Positions 1-13,180 of a DNA stretch of 64,000 nt are shown piece by piece; position 1 is the stretch's first letter, and the number at the start of each line of letters is the position of its first letter. Under the pieces are notes generated by a model. The model worked only from the letters and a program-made list of their open reading frames with translations. It had not been told where the DNA came from and did no database searches. The stretch is from assembly GCA_051362555.1 (NCBI GenBank), contig CM120642.1, positions 23,126,001 through 23,190,000 on the forward strand, written 5' to 3'. The position numbers and the translations under genes were made by a program. The DNA is from Lingula anatina (lineage: Eukaryota; Animalia; Brachiopoda).

Positions 1-331
1 TATGCTGAGAAGTTTATGGACCTTGAGCACAATTGAGAGTGGTTGTGTTTTCAGGAAAAGGTGATTAAGGGAATTATAACTGTAAAAAGAAAACAAATCA
101 GTAAAAACAACAAAGGCAAAAGTAATTTTATGCTCAAGCACGTAAAAATAAAGATAGACACTTTCTTTGATTTTGCTAAACCTGAGATTATAGTGTAAGT
201 TTGAAAGAAAAAATCATTTGATCATGTTGACACCATCATTCAGTTTAAGTTATTGAGTAACATATCTCCCAATGAATACATAACCCTGTGTACTTGTATA
301 GCTAATGTTTTCGATATTCTGTTTTTAACAG

Positions 332-1422
332 GTTCACAGTGTTCTCCGAGAAATATTAGACAGTTCACTTGGACGGATATCAACGACGGCAAAGATGACG
401 GTCTGATTAAGGTAAGATAAATATTGAGTCTCATACAGAAAAAAGCAAGATAGTTGAATTTATACTACTTTATTTCTCAACATATTGCACCTTCCCACTC
501 CACACACTTTTCCAATCTACTTTGCCAGTCACTGATACCAGATGGGCTAGGTATTCTTGAAAGTTTTTTAATTAACCTTCTGTTTAATTTAAGGAGGTGA
601 CATTCTTCAAAGCCGAAATGTCAACTATGCTCCGAGTGGCTTTCCACGGTAATATCCGCGTCATGACCCCTGCAGGGCAAATCGAGAGCTGCCGGCGTTA
701 CTGGTTAACATTCAACAACACTGAGTGTGAAAGCCCAGCATCTATTGATACACAGTTCTATTCTACCCATCAGTATAATATTCACCGAGATTCCACCCGT
801 AAGTGTTCTTATAGAAAACTTTTGTGTGTATGTACAGGAATGTGTAGATGTGCACGTGTGTTCTTTTCCGTGCATGTGTATTTGCATGTGTACCTTGCGT
901 GTTATTTACGCGTGCTGTGTTTGTATATTTTACTGTATATGAATAATTAGGATTAATGTGTCTGTCGATCTGTACTTTTGTGCGTGCGCCGTGTAAGTTA
1001 AAATATTCTGCCAGTCTTTGGAATTGATTTGTATATTTTTACCTAAATTAAGGATGGCTAAAGAGAAAGTAATAGACTTAGAGGAAAACAATTTTTGTAA
1101 AAAAAAGAACATGCCTATAGGCTGTAGAATATGTAAGCAATTAACTAAATTACGGAACCTGTCGGGATATCGTGTCGTCATGAAACGTTTCCCGCCAATA
1201 ATTAGTATTCTTTGCCTTAAAATCAAATGCCTCAAGTCGACACGCCTGATTATGAAATTCACTGTGTACTTTATAGTTGAAGGTATCTGCGAGCACTTAC
1301 GGTCGGGACAAGTTGTGATTGGTGTACATGTTGGCCCTTGCAAGAGAGGAGAAAGTCAGTTAGGAGGAGATGCATACACTGGCTGGCACAGTGCAACCAG
1401 AATTATCGTTGAAGAAATCTAA
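332..1422 (+). CDS. CTHRC1: CTHRC1-like protein, last three coding exons (5' part outside or unresolved)
   Basis: Exons 332-411, 594-798 and 1277-1422 have GT-AG ends and consistent phases. They encode SQCSPRNIRQFTWTDINDGKDDGLIK/EVTFFKAEMSTMLRVAFHGN...CRRYWLTFNNTECESP...NIHRDST/LEGICEHL...VGPC...GDAYTGWHSATRIIVEEI*. This matches the CTHRC1 C-terminal domain pattern (NIHR..EG.C, GDA.TGW.S..RII.EE). Confidence 0.88.
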
Positions 1423-2031
1423 CAGCCAATCGCCTTTGTGTTCACAAGAGGGCTTCCTTTGTCCAGAAATTAGACGATCTGATGTCATCGAAGGCTTGGG
1501 GTAATTTCTATAAATACTAGGAAGATGGAGTCGCTTACAGAAATCAACTTGACTGGAAGGAAGCTCGCGATTGTTCCTACTGAAAATCGATGTTTTTCTG
1601 TCCTCTTTACTGAATATCTACATAAATCTTCAAATGACAAGTAAAACTCAAGGGAGGTTTTTAAACAGTTTTAATGTAATACGTAGCAATAAAAAATTAT
1701 ATAGTTTAAGAAAATATGTTATTTTCCCACTAAAAGCGGCATCCCATCTGTTGGCGTCATATCAATTTTATGGTGTAAAAAAACTAATTTTGTTTGCAAG
1801 TTTGCCTCTCACCGAGACGGATGCTAAACAAAGCTCACTGCTACATGTATTCGTGGGCAGTGCAGAGAAAATACAAACTGTCACAAGTTTTTATTTATAG
1901 GCACGGTTGAGATATCCAGTGGATATACATTTATGTACATGTTCTATTATTTTATAATAAATCTGCCATTATATACTGATGTGGGTGCGTGTTGGGGGTG
2001 TGGCGGTTAAGGATATTGTTAACATGTAGTT

Positions 2032-5000
2032 TTAGCTGAAAAATCCAATTAAGTATACAGTCACTGTCATCAAAATTACTGCGTTTATATTTAGAATCTT
2101 CTGCCATTTCGGAATCTCCTTAATGGACGTGAGTCTCTCCAACTGTAACGCTTCCTGTTCCGGAGTGAGACGACGCACTTTGGTCGATGCTCCACACACA
2201 AAGTTGAAACATTTCTGCTTCCAAGTGGTCGGGTTGGCGTGGTCTGTGAATAATCATTTAAACCATTAGAATGAAAAACCCAGTGAAATATGTTATCGTC
2301 AACGTTTTAAATTTGTTAAATGAAATAACTCAAACATAGTGGGAATTCAAATGAAAATCATTCTAATGAAAATGTTCGATCCATTCATTCCCAAAATAAT
2401 CACCATTACCATAGAACAATTAGCAGCTTTTAGTAGTAAAAGGAGCATGTTTGTAAACTGACATTAATGATTAAAGTAAGAACATTGTTTCTGTGCCCCC
2501 ACCCGCACTGCTCCTCTTCTAATAGAAAAAATTCTGATAGAAATGCCGTTGTCTCGCCCACTAGAAATTGACCGAGACCACAACCTTCATATCAACGTCG
2601 CATACTGCAAGTTTACCTAATTCCATATCGCCAGCCGTTACATCTGAAGGTTCCTGAATTTCCATTTTCTGAGTGGCTTCCGTCCTCTCAACATTACTGG
2701 TCTGCAGCTTTTCATGGCGAGTAAACCACGTGACCCCAGCAAGCTGAAACGATACCGATTAACCACGTAAAACATTAATCTAATAAAACATGACGTTACA
2801 ATTTCTTGGACAAATAATACCTGAATTGTAATAAAATTATTGACAAACAATCCATTCTGTGGAGAGAGTTAACGTATCATTATTCATTTTGCCCATTATC
2901 ACTGCATACGTTCAGTAACTTACTGAGTAAGGTACATGTACATGTATGTCTCCAACTTCGGATATGACAAAATGTTCTAGAGCATTGTGTCGATTGCTGC
3001 AGCGGAGACGAAAAGTTCAGTTTCTTACCTCCGATTTCTTTCTGGGTTCAGTGAGGATGCTGATTGTGGCGATTGCGACAGCGGAGATAACCGAGTTGAT
3101 GATGGAGAAGTAAAGGTAGTGCACGTCAGCGAGCACGGCCGGTCTGAGGTCGACCTCGCCACACCCGGGTTTGGGAAAAGACCAGTCCATTACCATCCTG
3201 GTTAGACCCACTGCTGTCCCGACAAGGAGGCCCCAGAAGGCGCCCTTCGGTAAAATTGCAGTGTTATATACAATATGATCTGTTGGGGCAGATAGCCTAT
3301 ACAAAACACAGTGCAAGTACAAAATACAGTATTTGCCACCGTTCTGACTTTACTGTTTCATCTGACAAACATCTTCTCATCAATTTGTTATGTGGGAATA
3401 CAGCAGAAATCTAAGGAAGAATGAAGGTTTGCACTGAGTTATGACAAACATCTTCTCATCAATTTGTTATGTGGGAATATCAACAGAATTCTAAGGAAGA
3501 ATGAAGGTTTGCACTGAGTTATGACAAATATCTTCCCATCAATTTGTTATTAGGAAATATCAACAGAATTCTAAGGAGGAATGAAGGTTTGCACAGAGTT
3601 ATGGCATGCTCTATGTTACGTGCAGCAAAAACTGTTTTATGAGCCGTAAAATAGAGCACTCTTACCTATATAACCAACTCCTGAGAAAAATTTAACTTAG
3701 CGAAAATAATTTACGCAAAATAATATATACTCAAATGCATGTTTCTCAAAAGTATGTGGTGTGAGCCATAACGTGATTGTCTTTGTCACTGATATACAAC
3801 TTTGTGACGTTGTACAATGAGCAAAAATGAGAGGTTGTGAGACATTAGATGTCTGCCTTAAAAATGCTATTTGCAATAACTGTTCTATACCTGTTCCGTG
3901 GTTCGTGTCCATGACACTCCTAGTACGTAGACCATACACCAGGGCGGCGCTATATTCGCGTATATAGACTGCAGGTAGTTCCACAGCTGTCCTCCCTGGA
4001 CGGCATTCAGGATAGGAACCCACGCTATACTCACAACTACCAGAACAAGGATGAACACCCTGTCAATGGGGAGAAAAGACAAAAATTCAGATATAAAAAC
4101 ATGTTCACATTAGGTGCAATTAAGACCAGAAATGGACTGATCCTGTTAGGTTTCTGATTTTTTGGGGCTTGAAACGATATTTGTCTTATGGTGCTTATAG
4201 TTTTATTTATGGATTTTGTCTTCAAACAATATTCCTAAGCGGCGGTCAAAACAAACGAAGCAAGCAAACGTGCGTAATTTTTTTCTTGATTTTTATTTTA
4301 AAAAATAACCTTACACTTACGTGGTTGTTTGTTAAACTGTTAATTTCCAGTTAGCACAAACGTTTCTGAATATGCGAAAATGCGCTCCTTTCAATTTAAG
4401 CAAATTAAACAACTGGAAAACTAGAGAATAATAATAATAATATTTATTTATAGTCTAAAATCCAACGTGTTCAGTAGACTTTACAAAAATTAAGAGTAAC
4501 TTTTGTCTTGAATCAACAAATTTAAACTAAACTGATGTTGCCACTTCCGTATATGTGAAAGACCGTGGTTGGAAGACACGTCACCCACCTTCCTACAATC
4601 ATTTTCTCTGTCTCTGTTGCTCGTTTTCTGAGTTTGGTCCACAGATCCAGGGTAAAGATGCTGCTGGCGCTGTTAAATATAGAGGTCAGCGTGGTGGTCA
4701 GCGCCGACAACATGACGGCCAGCATTAGCCCTCGAAGTCCTGGAAGACATGTAGTATAATGATGAAAGCAAGGAATGGACAACACCTTACTGCACCAATG
4801 TTTTTCAATTCATTGAATATTTGCCAATTACTGTATAGCTGCATCAAAGATGACATAAATGATATTTTTCTTTTCTAAAGATGCTGATTCGAATGATATC
4901 TCATGAATAAACAAATGAAAAGTATGAGTTGAACAGATCGACCTACCGACTGGCAATATTTCCACCACCATCTTGGGATAGGCTATGTTATAGCAGCCAA

Positions 5001-8000
5001 CTCTATTTTGACACACTTTCTCACATATGTCTGGGTCCACACAACCGACCTCATCTAAAAACACATACAACAAATGGAATAGCTTAGACACAAGAGAGAT
5101 CATCATAACGTCATCAGACTTCTTCGGAGAGCATGCAAAAATCTAAAGTGCAACGGTGGTCCCTGTTTTCAAGTCATTTGGTGACGTCAGTTAAACTAAT
5201 AGAACATTTTTTCGGTGACAGTTTCCAAGTTATGCAGAATATGCAGTCTATGTGTGTGTGTGTGTGTGTGTAAGCCTCAAATAAAAGTGAAATTAATGTA
5301 GTTATGTTGATGATCTGTAATACATTGTAACCCACCAGGGAACAGCACCCTGCTCACCATCCCCGGCAACACAATGATGATGAACGGGAGCAGCTTCAGG
5401 TAGCCGGCTAGAATGGTGCCTCCCTTGGCGTGGTGAAGGTTCTTAGCGGCAAGAACTCTTTGGACAATTATCTGAATTATGGAAAGTCAGCATTTATATA
5501 ACCGGGTCAGAATAATTTTTTTAATGTAGGTAGCGGAATATGAGCTGTCCTACAGGCCGACAAGTACAATGTTCCAGCTGTAGTTGGGTCGAATTTTAAC
5601 TTAAAAAAGGATCAAATTAAGCTGACAATGTTTAAGACATTTTACATAACGTGTATTGCATTTGAGGAAAGCAATAAGAAGTGAGATACATAGAAACAGA
5701 AACGTTGTTCTAATACATCCCACACCTAATGCCATGTGCGCCGCATATCACGCTATATACTTATGAACGCCTCATTTGCCTTTAGTGAATATTCAATTCT
5801 TATTTCTACCAGTATCCATAGAGATCAACGGCAAAAAATAATAGTGAGCGCCGTTTATATAAACTGAATTCAGTTATCCTGCAATCTGCCTACCTGTTCA
5901 TTACACCAGACCAGGACAGCAGGAGCCATAATACCAAACACAACCCCCGGCCACGGCAATATGGCAGAATCCGGGGCTCGGAAGATGCGGAGAGAATCCG
6001 GTGGCGGGTAGCCGGCAGTGACGTTACCGGCGCACGTGGTCACGTTGGGGGCGGCGTCCAGGAATTTGGCGAATAAGCCTTCAAATCCTCCGACTTTATC
6101 AAAGCCTTTGTGAATTAAAAGAAAGAAATAAACGATCTAGTGACCGGTCGTGAGAGCCTTTATGGGCAGACTGTTCAACCTCTTATTTTTACCTGCCAAT
6201 GTAAAACCACCAATATAAAAAATGCTACTGTTTTAGCGGAGACACTTTTTGAGATTCAGAACCCCTTTGAGCGTTCCATCCTGTCACAAAATATCATAAT
6301 TTTTTTATAGTTATTCAATTTTTAAAAAGATACCTACCAATGCCCGTCATGACCAAAGCACCCCCTACCAAAATAACAGTCTGAACGGCGTCTGTGTATA
6401 TGACGGCAGACAGGCCTCCCAGTACAGTGTAGACCGCAGTGATCAGCACCACGCTGATGGTGGCTATGTACAGGTCCCAGCCCAGAGCTTGCTGGATGAA
6501 AACGGCACCAGAGTAAACTGCTACCTGCAACAGTAATGTCGGTGGACCAATATTGGGATGTGAATACTATGTACTTGTATGATACTTGATAGAAGAGACA
6601 ATAGAAAAACCATTAAATTGACCATAATGTCCTATAGAAAGAACATTGCAGTCTTTTTCTTTATCGATTTCTGCTTCAATTTTGAATTTATTTCATGTTT
6701 AATTTAGACTACAAAGTTAAGGTTTTCGCAGCTACTGTTTTATTAAAAAAAAAAGAACGTCTTCCTTGCTTAGGCAAAGAAAAAAAAACATATGCAATGT
6801 ATAGGTACATGTACAGTATATCCACTCACTGATATTTTGGTCACGATCATGAGAAAAATGGACATCACGGATAATAAAATGCGCAGCCTCTCTCCGCCAT
6901 ATCTTTTCCGCAAATATTCGGGCATGGTGTAGCACTAAAACAGTAAACAACAAATATCAGTGAAGTTCATTAAAAAAAAAAAAGCACATTAGTACATTTT
7001 CCTGTTCCTGAATATCCATGCAACATCAACTTATAATGAAAAATATACAGTATGTAGGTTCTTAGTATAAGAAGTGAGAAGTTAATTTAGTTAACGCAAA
7101 CAAAAATGTCCACTTTTACTAGATGTGCATCTTATTTTTAACAAGGTTTATCCAAAGAAAAGAAGCGACTTATAATTTTTTTAATATAATTTCTGTATTG
7201 AATTTAGGTTGTACAACTACCCACTTCGATAATATTTTTCAACTTTAAAACTACTTACGCCGGAAGATATGTACACAGGTAAGAAAAACCATCCTAGTAG
7301 AAGAAGCGGAAAGATCGCCTGGAAGATAAAACACATGTTGAAACTACCCTCGTCTCACCAAATACCACATAAAAGGTCGAAACTTAAAGTTGAATCTGAA
7401 ACTGACATTTTTAAAATGTTGAGACATGTTTTTGATTGGATGTGACATGATATTAAAATGTGAATAGACTGTTTAAAAGATAGATAAGAATCATCTTGGA
7501 ACAATAACGCTTAAACAGTCTCCTTAAAATGTTATGACTGCTTTTAGATTTACTTACACAGCTACACCACTGGAGTGAGGCCAGATCCAAAATTGAATTT
7601 TTCATAAGTGCGTTTTCAAATTGATTAAAATTTAAAGATAGTTAAGAAGTCTCGCATTGTTTGTGTCGTATTTTCTCTTTCAGTGTTATGTCTGTAAAAT
7701 TTGAGAAAAATATAGATACGGGATTATTATTATTATTATTATTATTATTTATTTATATATTTATTTATTTATTAAGGATTCCTCCAAGTCACCACATAAA
7801 ATGTAGGCCAAGTCAGCAGTATTCAGTCTGTCTGCAGATCTAGCATATCAATGCGTAAGCGGTGATTTTTACAAAAACACCTACTATGCGCTTGCACAAA
7901 ATTGTCCGCGACGTATGCTGCGCGCCATATTTTGCAAAATCCGTAACTGTTATGTAAATCAATTAAGGTCTGTAAATAACTCGCATGAAACTATCAAGAA

Positions 8001-10977
8001 TAAAAATCAGAACTTGATGAAACGGACTAGTGTAACACGCTTCAGAAATGCGAGTGCTTGGCGTGGATTTCACCTCGCGCTAAAAAAAAAAAAAATGGAC
8101 AAGGCTAAATTTACACAACGTGTATACTGCCAGAAGCCCAGTTTAATTGGCTTTCATGATTAGGTTTTTTCTTATAGAAATCTTTTAATAGAAAATTTCG
8201 GTCACCTGAAACGAGAGGCCATTTACAATCACCCACGTGGATAAATCTTCTGTTTTACCGTTCTAAATCTATTTTTATGACAACTAACCTTAAAATTCCG
8301 ACTTCCTATATATTCCCGCATCTTTTAATTTGCCTATCGATTATCGTTTTACGTATCGTTTAATCACATCACATGTTAACAAAAATACACATGAAAATAC
8401 GACGAGCTCAAAAGTCGTCCATTTTCACTCGATTTTGCTGAAAGTAACTTGCGAAAATAGCCTTCGCTTCAGCCATTTTGCACGCACAGCCCGGCATCTG
8501 CGGACAGACTGATTATTCGCGTTTTAACGTTAAAACTGGTTTATACGGTAGATTCGGGGGCGTCTCGCTAGTCCGAAGGTTCATTGGTCCGAAAAATGGT
8601 AACATTTTCATCGTTTTTTTTCAATCAAGGGTCCTTTGTTCCGAAGGTTCTATAGTAAACATTCGAACCAATTAACCTTCGGAACAATGTGCTTCTCTCT
8701 AGCCACCGCTAGAAGTCTGTTACAAAATTATTGTACTATTTTAGAAGCCCCTGGTATCATAGGGTAAGGATGTGCTACGGTATCAACTTACTGTCCACTC
8801 AAACATGATTACTGCAATTCCACTGGCGGCCGCTGTCCCTGCCATTCCTATGAAAAAGTGACTCCCAACATTTGTGGCAAATATGGACGCACCCACCTGA
8901 AATAAAAGTATAACATAGAGATGCGCTGCACCTAGAGGCATTCTGTGTTACTCGATATTACGGAATATCTCATTCAATTATAGCAACGCTACTCATCAGC
9001 ATATGTTTGAGTCTTGTCTCTGTATATATACAGTCATCACTTCCAAAATGAGTTCAAATTGATTGGGTCTCATGCACATAGCTTTGTATGTTGAGAATCT
9101 AAACTACCCTCCATCAGAGGCCAACTGGGTGACAGCGTCGATGTTGTGCAAAAAATCCTGGCAGAAAAGTCTGCTCAGCCAGTAAATAGGCAGAGTGATA
9201 TATGTGAATATTTGGTGAAAGATTTCTCTATACAGGGTATGTGGAATTGGTAGAGTCAAGATGAGAGTAGAGAGTAAGATGAACCAGGTAATTGAGACTT
9301 GACGTGTCTTTGGACTTGGTATGAAAATTATTCTTGGGTGTTGTTATATTTAACAATGCCATTGCGACACTTCGAGGAAGGAAGTCTGTTTTTAAAAAGA
9401 GCTGTGGGTCAGTAACGCATAGACCATTTCTCGTAAATACTCACGGGTAGCCATGACATGTCTTTTCCCGCCAAGAAGTATCCCTGGACAGTGTCTTGCT
9501 TGTGTGAACGGATGCTGGTCTGAATTATAAAATAAAACAATGATAAAAACCTAGTTTATCTTAAAGACAATCAAGTTCTTACTCTGGTGCGTCTTGCTTA
9601 ATAAGCAAATTGCTAGCACCGATTGGCTAGGTCTAACAATCTGCCATGTTATTTTGTATGTTTAATACGCCAATGCAATTACATGCGAAAACATGTACAC
9701 ACGCGCACACACAAACATGCACACACACGCACTCAAACACACACCCAAAACTTAAATTCAAAGAACTAGTCTGCGAGAGCATATTTAGCATGTTTTGTTA
9801 GAGCTTAACGATTTAAATGGTTTGTTAGAGCTTAACGAATTAAATGATATGGTTATATATATTTGATAATTTAAATCTTAGCGTGACTTCAGCCTATTTA
9901 TACATTAAAATGCTGCATTCCACATCACATGCTTCATTACAAATGTAGCACATGTAGGGAGTGGAGAGGAGAAATTCTTTTTATACGTGTAGACTGCGTG
10001 TCTGAAGCTATTTAGCGAACTCAACTTTGTAGATGCAAATGCAGAAGTTGAAATGCAGCAAATCTCTTTTTTCTTTTAAATGGCGTACAATAGCATACAA
10101 ACAGTATGTATTTAAAGATATCCTATGCGGGATTTTTCCCGCCAAATCGAATTTCCCTCGTTTTCACGCTCTTGAATCATTGCTTGCCCTGTCCCTGCAT
10201 TGGATTCGATGTTTTCTACCTTTCTTATTAGACAACAGGCAGTTTATTAAAAGACTTGGCTTTTTAAGGTCATTGTTTTTAAGATCTAAATTGGTATAGA
10301 TGAGTAACTTTCCAGGATAGGTAGAAAATAAGAAATGTGACATTTACAAAAGCGGGTGGTACTTTTTATTGCAACAAAACTGCAGTTAATGTGCAATATG
10401 TCTTGCTGCATTCAATGTCCGCATTAATTGTCTTTATTTTCATGAATAGCAAAGAAGTAACAACGTATAATGTGTCCCAGCATAGCCTTTAGGTGGAGAA
10501 AAAAATGTTGGTGTCTTACCATGAATCTATACAATGAAATCTGATAGTTAAGACCGTATTTATTCAGTGTAAGTCTAGATATATACATGTACACCATTAT
10601 AACCCAAATATCAGTCCCTCCCAGGGAATTTTTATGAAAATTAATGACAGATTGCCAAATAAACAGAGAGAGAGAAAAAGGTTGGAGAGGACGGGTGTGA
10701 TTAGTTTTGAACTCGAGAAATTAAAACCTTGGATACGATACGGTGAAATAACAGCAATTCAGTAGAATGCCTACAGCTGACCTGTATTAATATTCAGTGG
10801 GCCTATTTGGCATTTGTTTGCAACCTTATTTTCGACAATTAAAGTGATCCTCAGAATCATATCGATGCAGTATTTAAACACCTGTAAAACTTTACTTACC
10901 CACAGCCCGACTGCCAACACGATGACAAAGTACACGACAATGGTGAGAATATCACCCCAGTGGAGAACGGTTGCCAT
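2032..10977 (-). CDS. Sodium/solute symporter, SLC5 SGLT-like (SLC5A1/A9/A11 group), 14 coding exons
   Basis: Exons 10977-10900, 9519-9445, 8896-8792, 7318-7259, 6934-6830, 6524-6338, 6105-5894, 5471-5336, 5054-4947, 4739-4589, 4059-3891, 3244-3029, 2743-2617 and 2243-2032, all GT-AG and in phase. Motifs: [94 protein letters not shown]. Confidence 0.95.
3363..3603. repeat. ~80-bp minisatellite, 3 units, in an SLC5 intron
   Basis: Unit TGACAAACATCTTCTCATCAATTTGTTATGTGGGAA...GAATGAAGGTTTGCACTGAGTTA starts at about 3363, 3442 and 3523. Confidence 0.9.
8556..8690. mobile_element. Small degenerate MITE-like inverted repeat
   Basis: Repeated TCCGAAGGTTC motifs on the left and the inverted AACCTTCGGAAC on the right. 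Confidence 0.4.
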
Positions 10978-12635
10978 CTTGTAAGACTTGGATTAGATGT
11001 CCCCCGTGCGAGACGTAAATGCAACTGAATTTACTAGCACCGCATTGGGCCTTTATAGCTGTCTTAGGGTGGGTATCCTCAGTTGCTGTTTGCTACTGGT
11101 ACGAAGCCTTTTTCAAATCAGTAATGGGGGAGGCAATACAGAATCACTTATCAAGGGGGCGGGACATAAGAATGATAAGGCTTCTGATATCGCACTTTAT
11201 TCAACAATTGGCCCCTACACAGGTATTCAGCTGCACGCACGAGGCAGCAACCTTAGCAAACCAATGGGCTTACTACGCGTGCTGAATAAATTTAATAGGA
11301 CCTACACGCCGTTGCTAGATGGTTTTGATGAGAAGCCGTCGCATATCCCCGCACTTCTCCACATTGTAGAGAGTAGCTCACCATCAGGGACCCCATTACC
11401 TTGATATCTATGACAATGCCTGACTCCAATATGCCTAATAAACGGTATTGCAATTTTTAAAAATTCGAGTTAGATTCTTAATGTAAAAAAGCCCCCCCCC
11501 CCCACCCTCCCCAACAGAGACATCCCAATTTATATGCGCACATAAATAATGACTGGTCCATCCACATGATAGGTCTATCAGTCCCCAACGTTTGAACCGC
11601 CTCACTATAATGGTCTAGATGGAGATAGCTTTAGTTACAACCCCCAGGAACAGCCCTACCCAGAAGCGCACTAAAATTCCAAAGTGCTCAGGCAAGTCCC
11701 TGATGAAAGTTCCATCATATCCTTAAGTTTTTAAAGGTCTAGGAGGACATAGCAATAATTACAATGTGTAAAAAATTGAGCCATCCGCATGAACATTAAG
11801 GCAGCGCATGTTATTGTTGTTGAACATGCTCACAGCATTTTATCTCCCTGTAAGTTCACTACTGTCTAGTACATGAGATTTACTCGCCAAAATGGATTTT
11901 CCGGAGAAAATAACCAATTTTCTCATACTCATGAATCTCCCCCCTCTGCACTTGGATTAGACCTTTGATCAAATTTATAAAGGTAGATTTTAGATTAAAT
12001 GACTGACCAGTCATTATAACAGCGACCGTTTCCAATGGAAATATCAAAAATCAGGTACGATCCAGAAAATATATTTAAAGAGTTAAATCATTTTAAGGCG
12101 TATGTAAGGTTTTATAAGAAGCTGTGGATCTCAAAAATAACCATTTTGGGGGATTTTTAAACCAATGCAGTGTGCCATTAATAAGAATATTCAACAATAT
12201 TGTTACTATGGCAATAAAGCAATCACCATAGCTACGAGGGTTTTCAATCCGTGGTAGCAATCCATGATATTTAAACACAGCGCGAATTCTTAGAGAGACT
12301 TAACTGGGTTTTTTTCAATTCGATCTCATTTTCTTTTTATGTCGTGTACACTGAACTGTACGTAATTATAGATAACGGACCACAAGGAGCTATACAGCCA
12401 TATTAACGCTTTCTTTTGTCGGTGCCTTTGGTTTTAGCTTTTGGTTTTTGTCCTTCAAAAAAGTGGATATTTGTAAGTTAATATTAAAGCATCGACTAAA
12501 TAATTCTCATAACATGTCGCCATCTTTGAATCAAATGTAATTAAGAGATGCAACATTTCGTTTGTCAAGGTCTCTTACTTGAGTGTCATCTTTAATACCA
12601 GACAACATATGTTTAATTTCTCAGATACGCTATTA

Positions 12636-12850
12636 GACCCCATTTCCAGAGATTAGATCGATCTACTTTAGATCGACCTAACTCCCTGGGGGTTCACGCT
12701 TAATAGCTGTCAGCCGGGCGGACACGAAAGTTAATTACCCCCTTACAGCTTGTAGTAGGCGGGACGGACATTTAAGCCGGATTATCTGACAGTAATCTAG
12801 TGAGACTCCCCGCGGGGATAGATCGATCTAAAAGCTCTGGGAATACAGCC
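12636..12850 (+). mobile_element. Hairpin MITE family A (PIF/Harbinger-like, TWA TSD), 215 bp
   Basis: Flanked by TTA/TTA, with imperfect termini (CCCATTTCCA...TGGGAATACAGCC) and internal GATCGATC inverted repeats. Near-identical to the copy at 24551-24765. Confidence 0.8.
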
Positions 12851-13180
12851 TTAGATAGCGGTAACCCACGACTTCAATTTTATACCTGGAGGGGTATTAG
12901 ATCTTCAATATTTGGAAAAAATAACTTGTTGATTCGTGTAAAAATTCAAATGCTAAAACAATCAAAATTTCAAACTACTGAGCATCGTGAAATAAGATGA
13001 AGAAAATTAAAAATGCAATTCAAGCACGTCGTATGTACCTGGAGATAATGTTTACATCTACAACAGTGCACTATCTCTTTCAGTGTCACCCCCGCCGAAA
13101 GCACTTTATAAGTAGCTCAACTACACTTAGAAGTGGTCCGAATGCTCCACAATAAACTGAAGACCAAGCGGAACGTGAAC

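Noticed and set aside
55-60. Possible 6-nt micro-exon (CAG|GAAAAG|GT) of CTHRC1
   Set aside because: The phase fits, but a 6-nt match is too weak without transcripts.
3363-3603. Tandem ~80-bp units as a CRISPR array
   Set aside because: Whole units repeat with no unique spacers, the context is a eukaryotic intron, and there are no cas genes.
10997-11404. 135-aa ORF divergent from SLC5
   Set aside because: No recognisable motif or splice context; it overlaps the likely SLC5 5' UTR/promoter.
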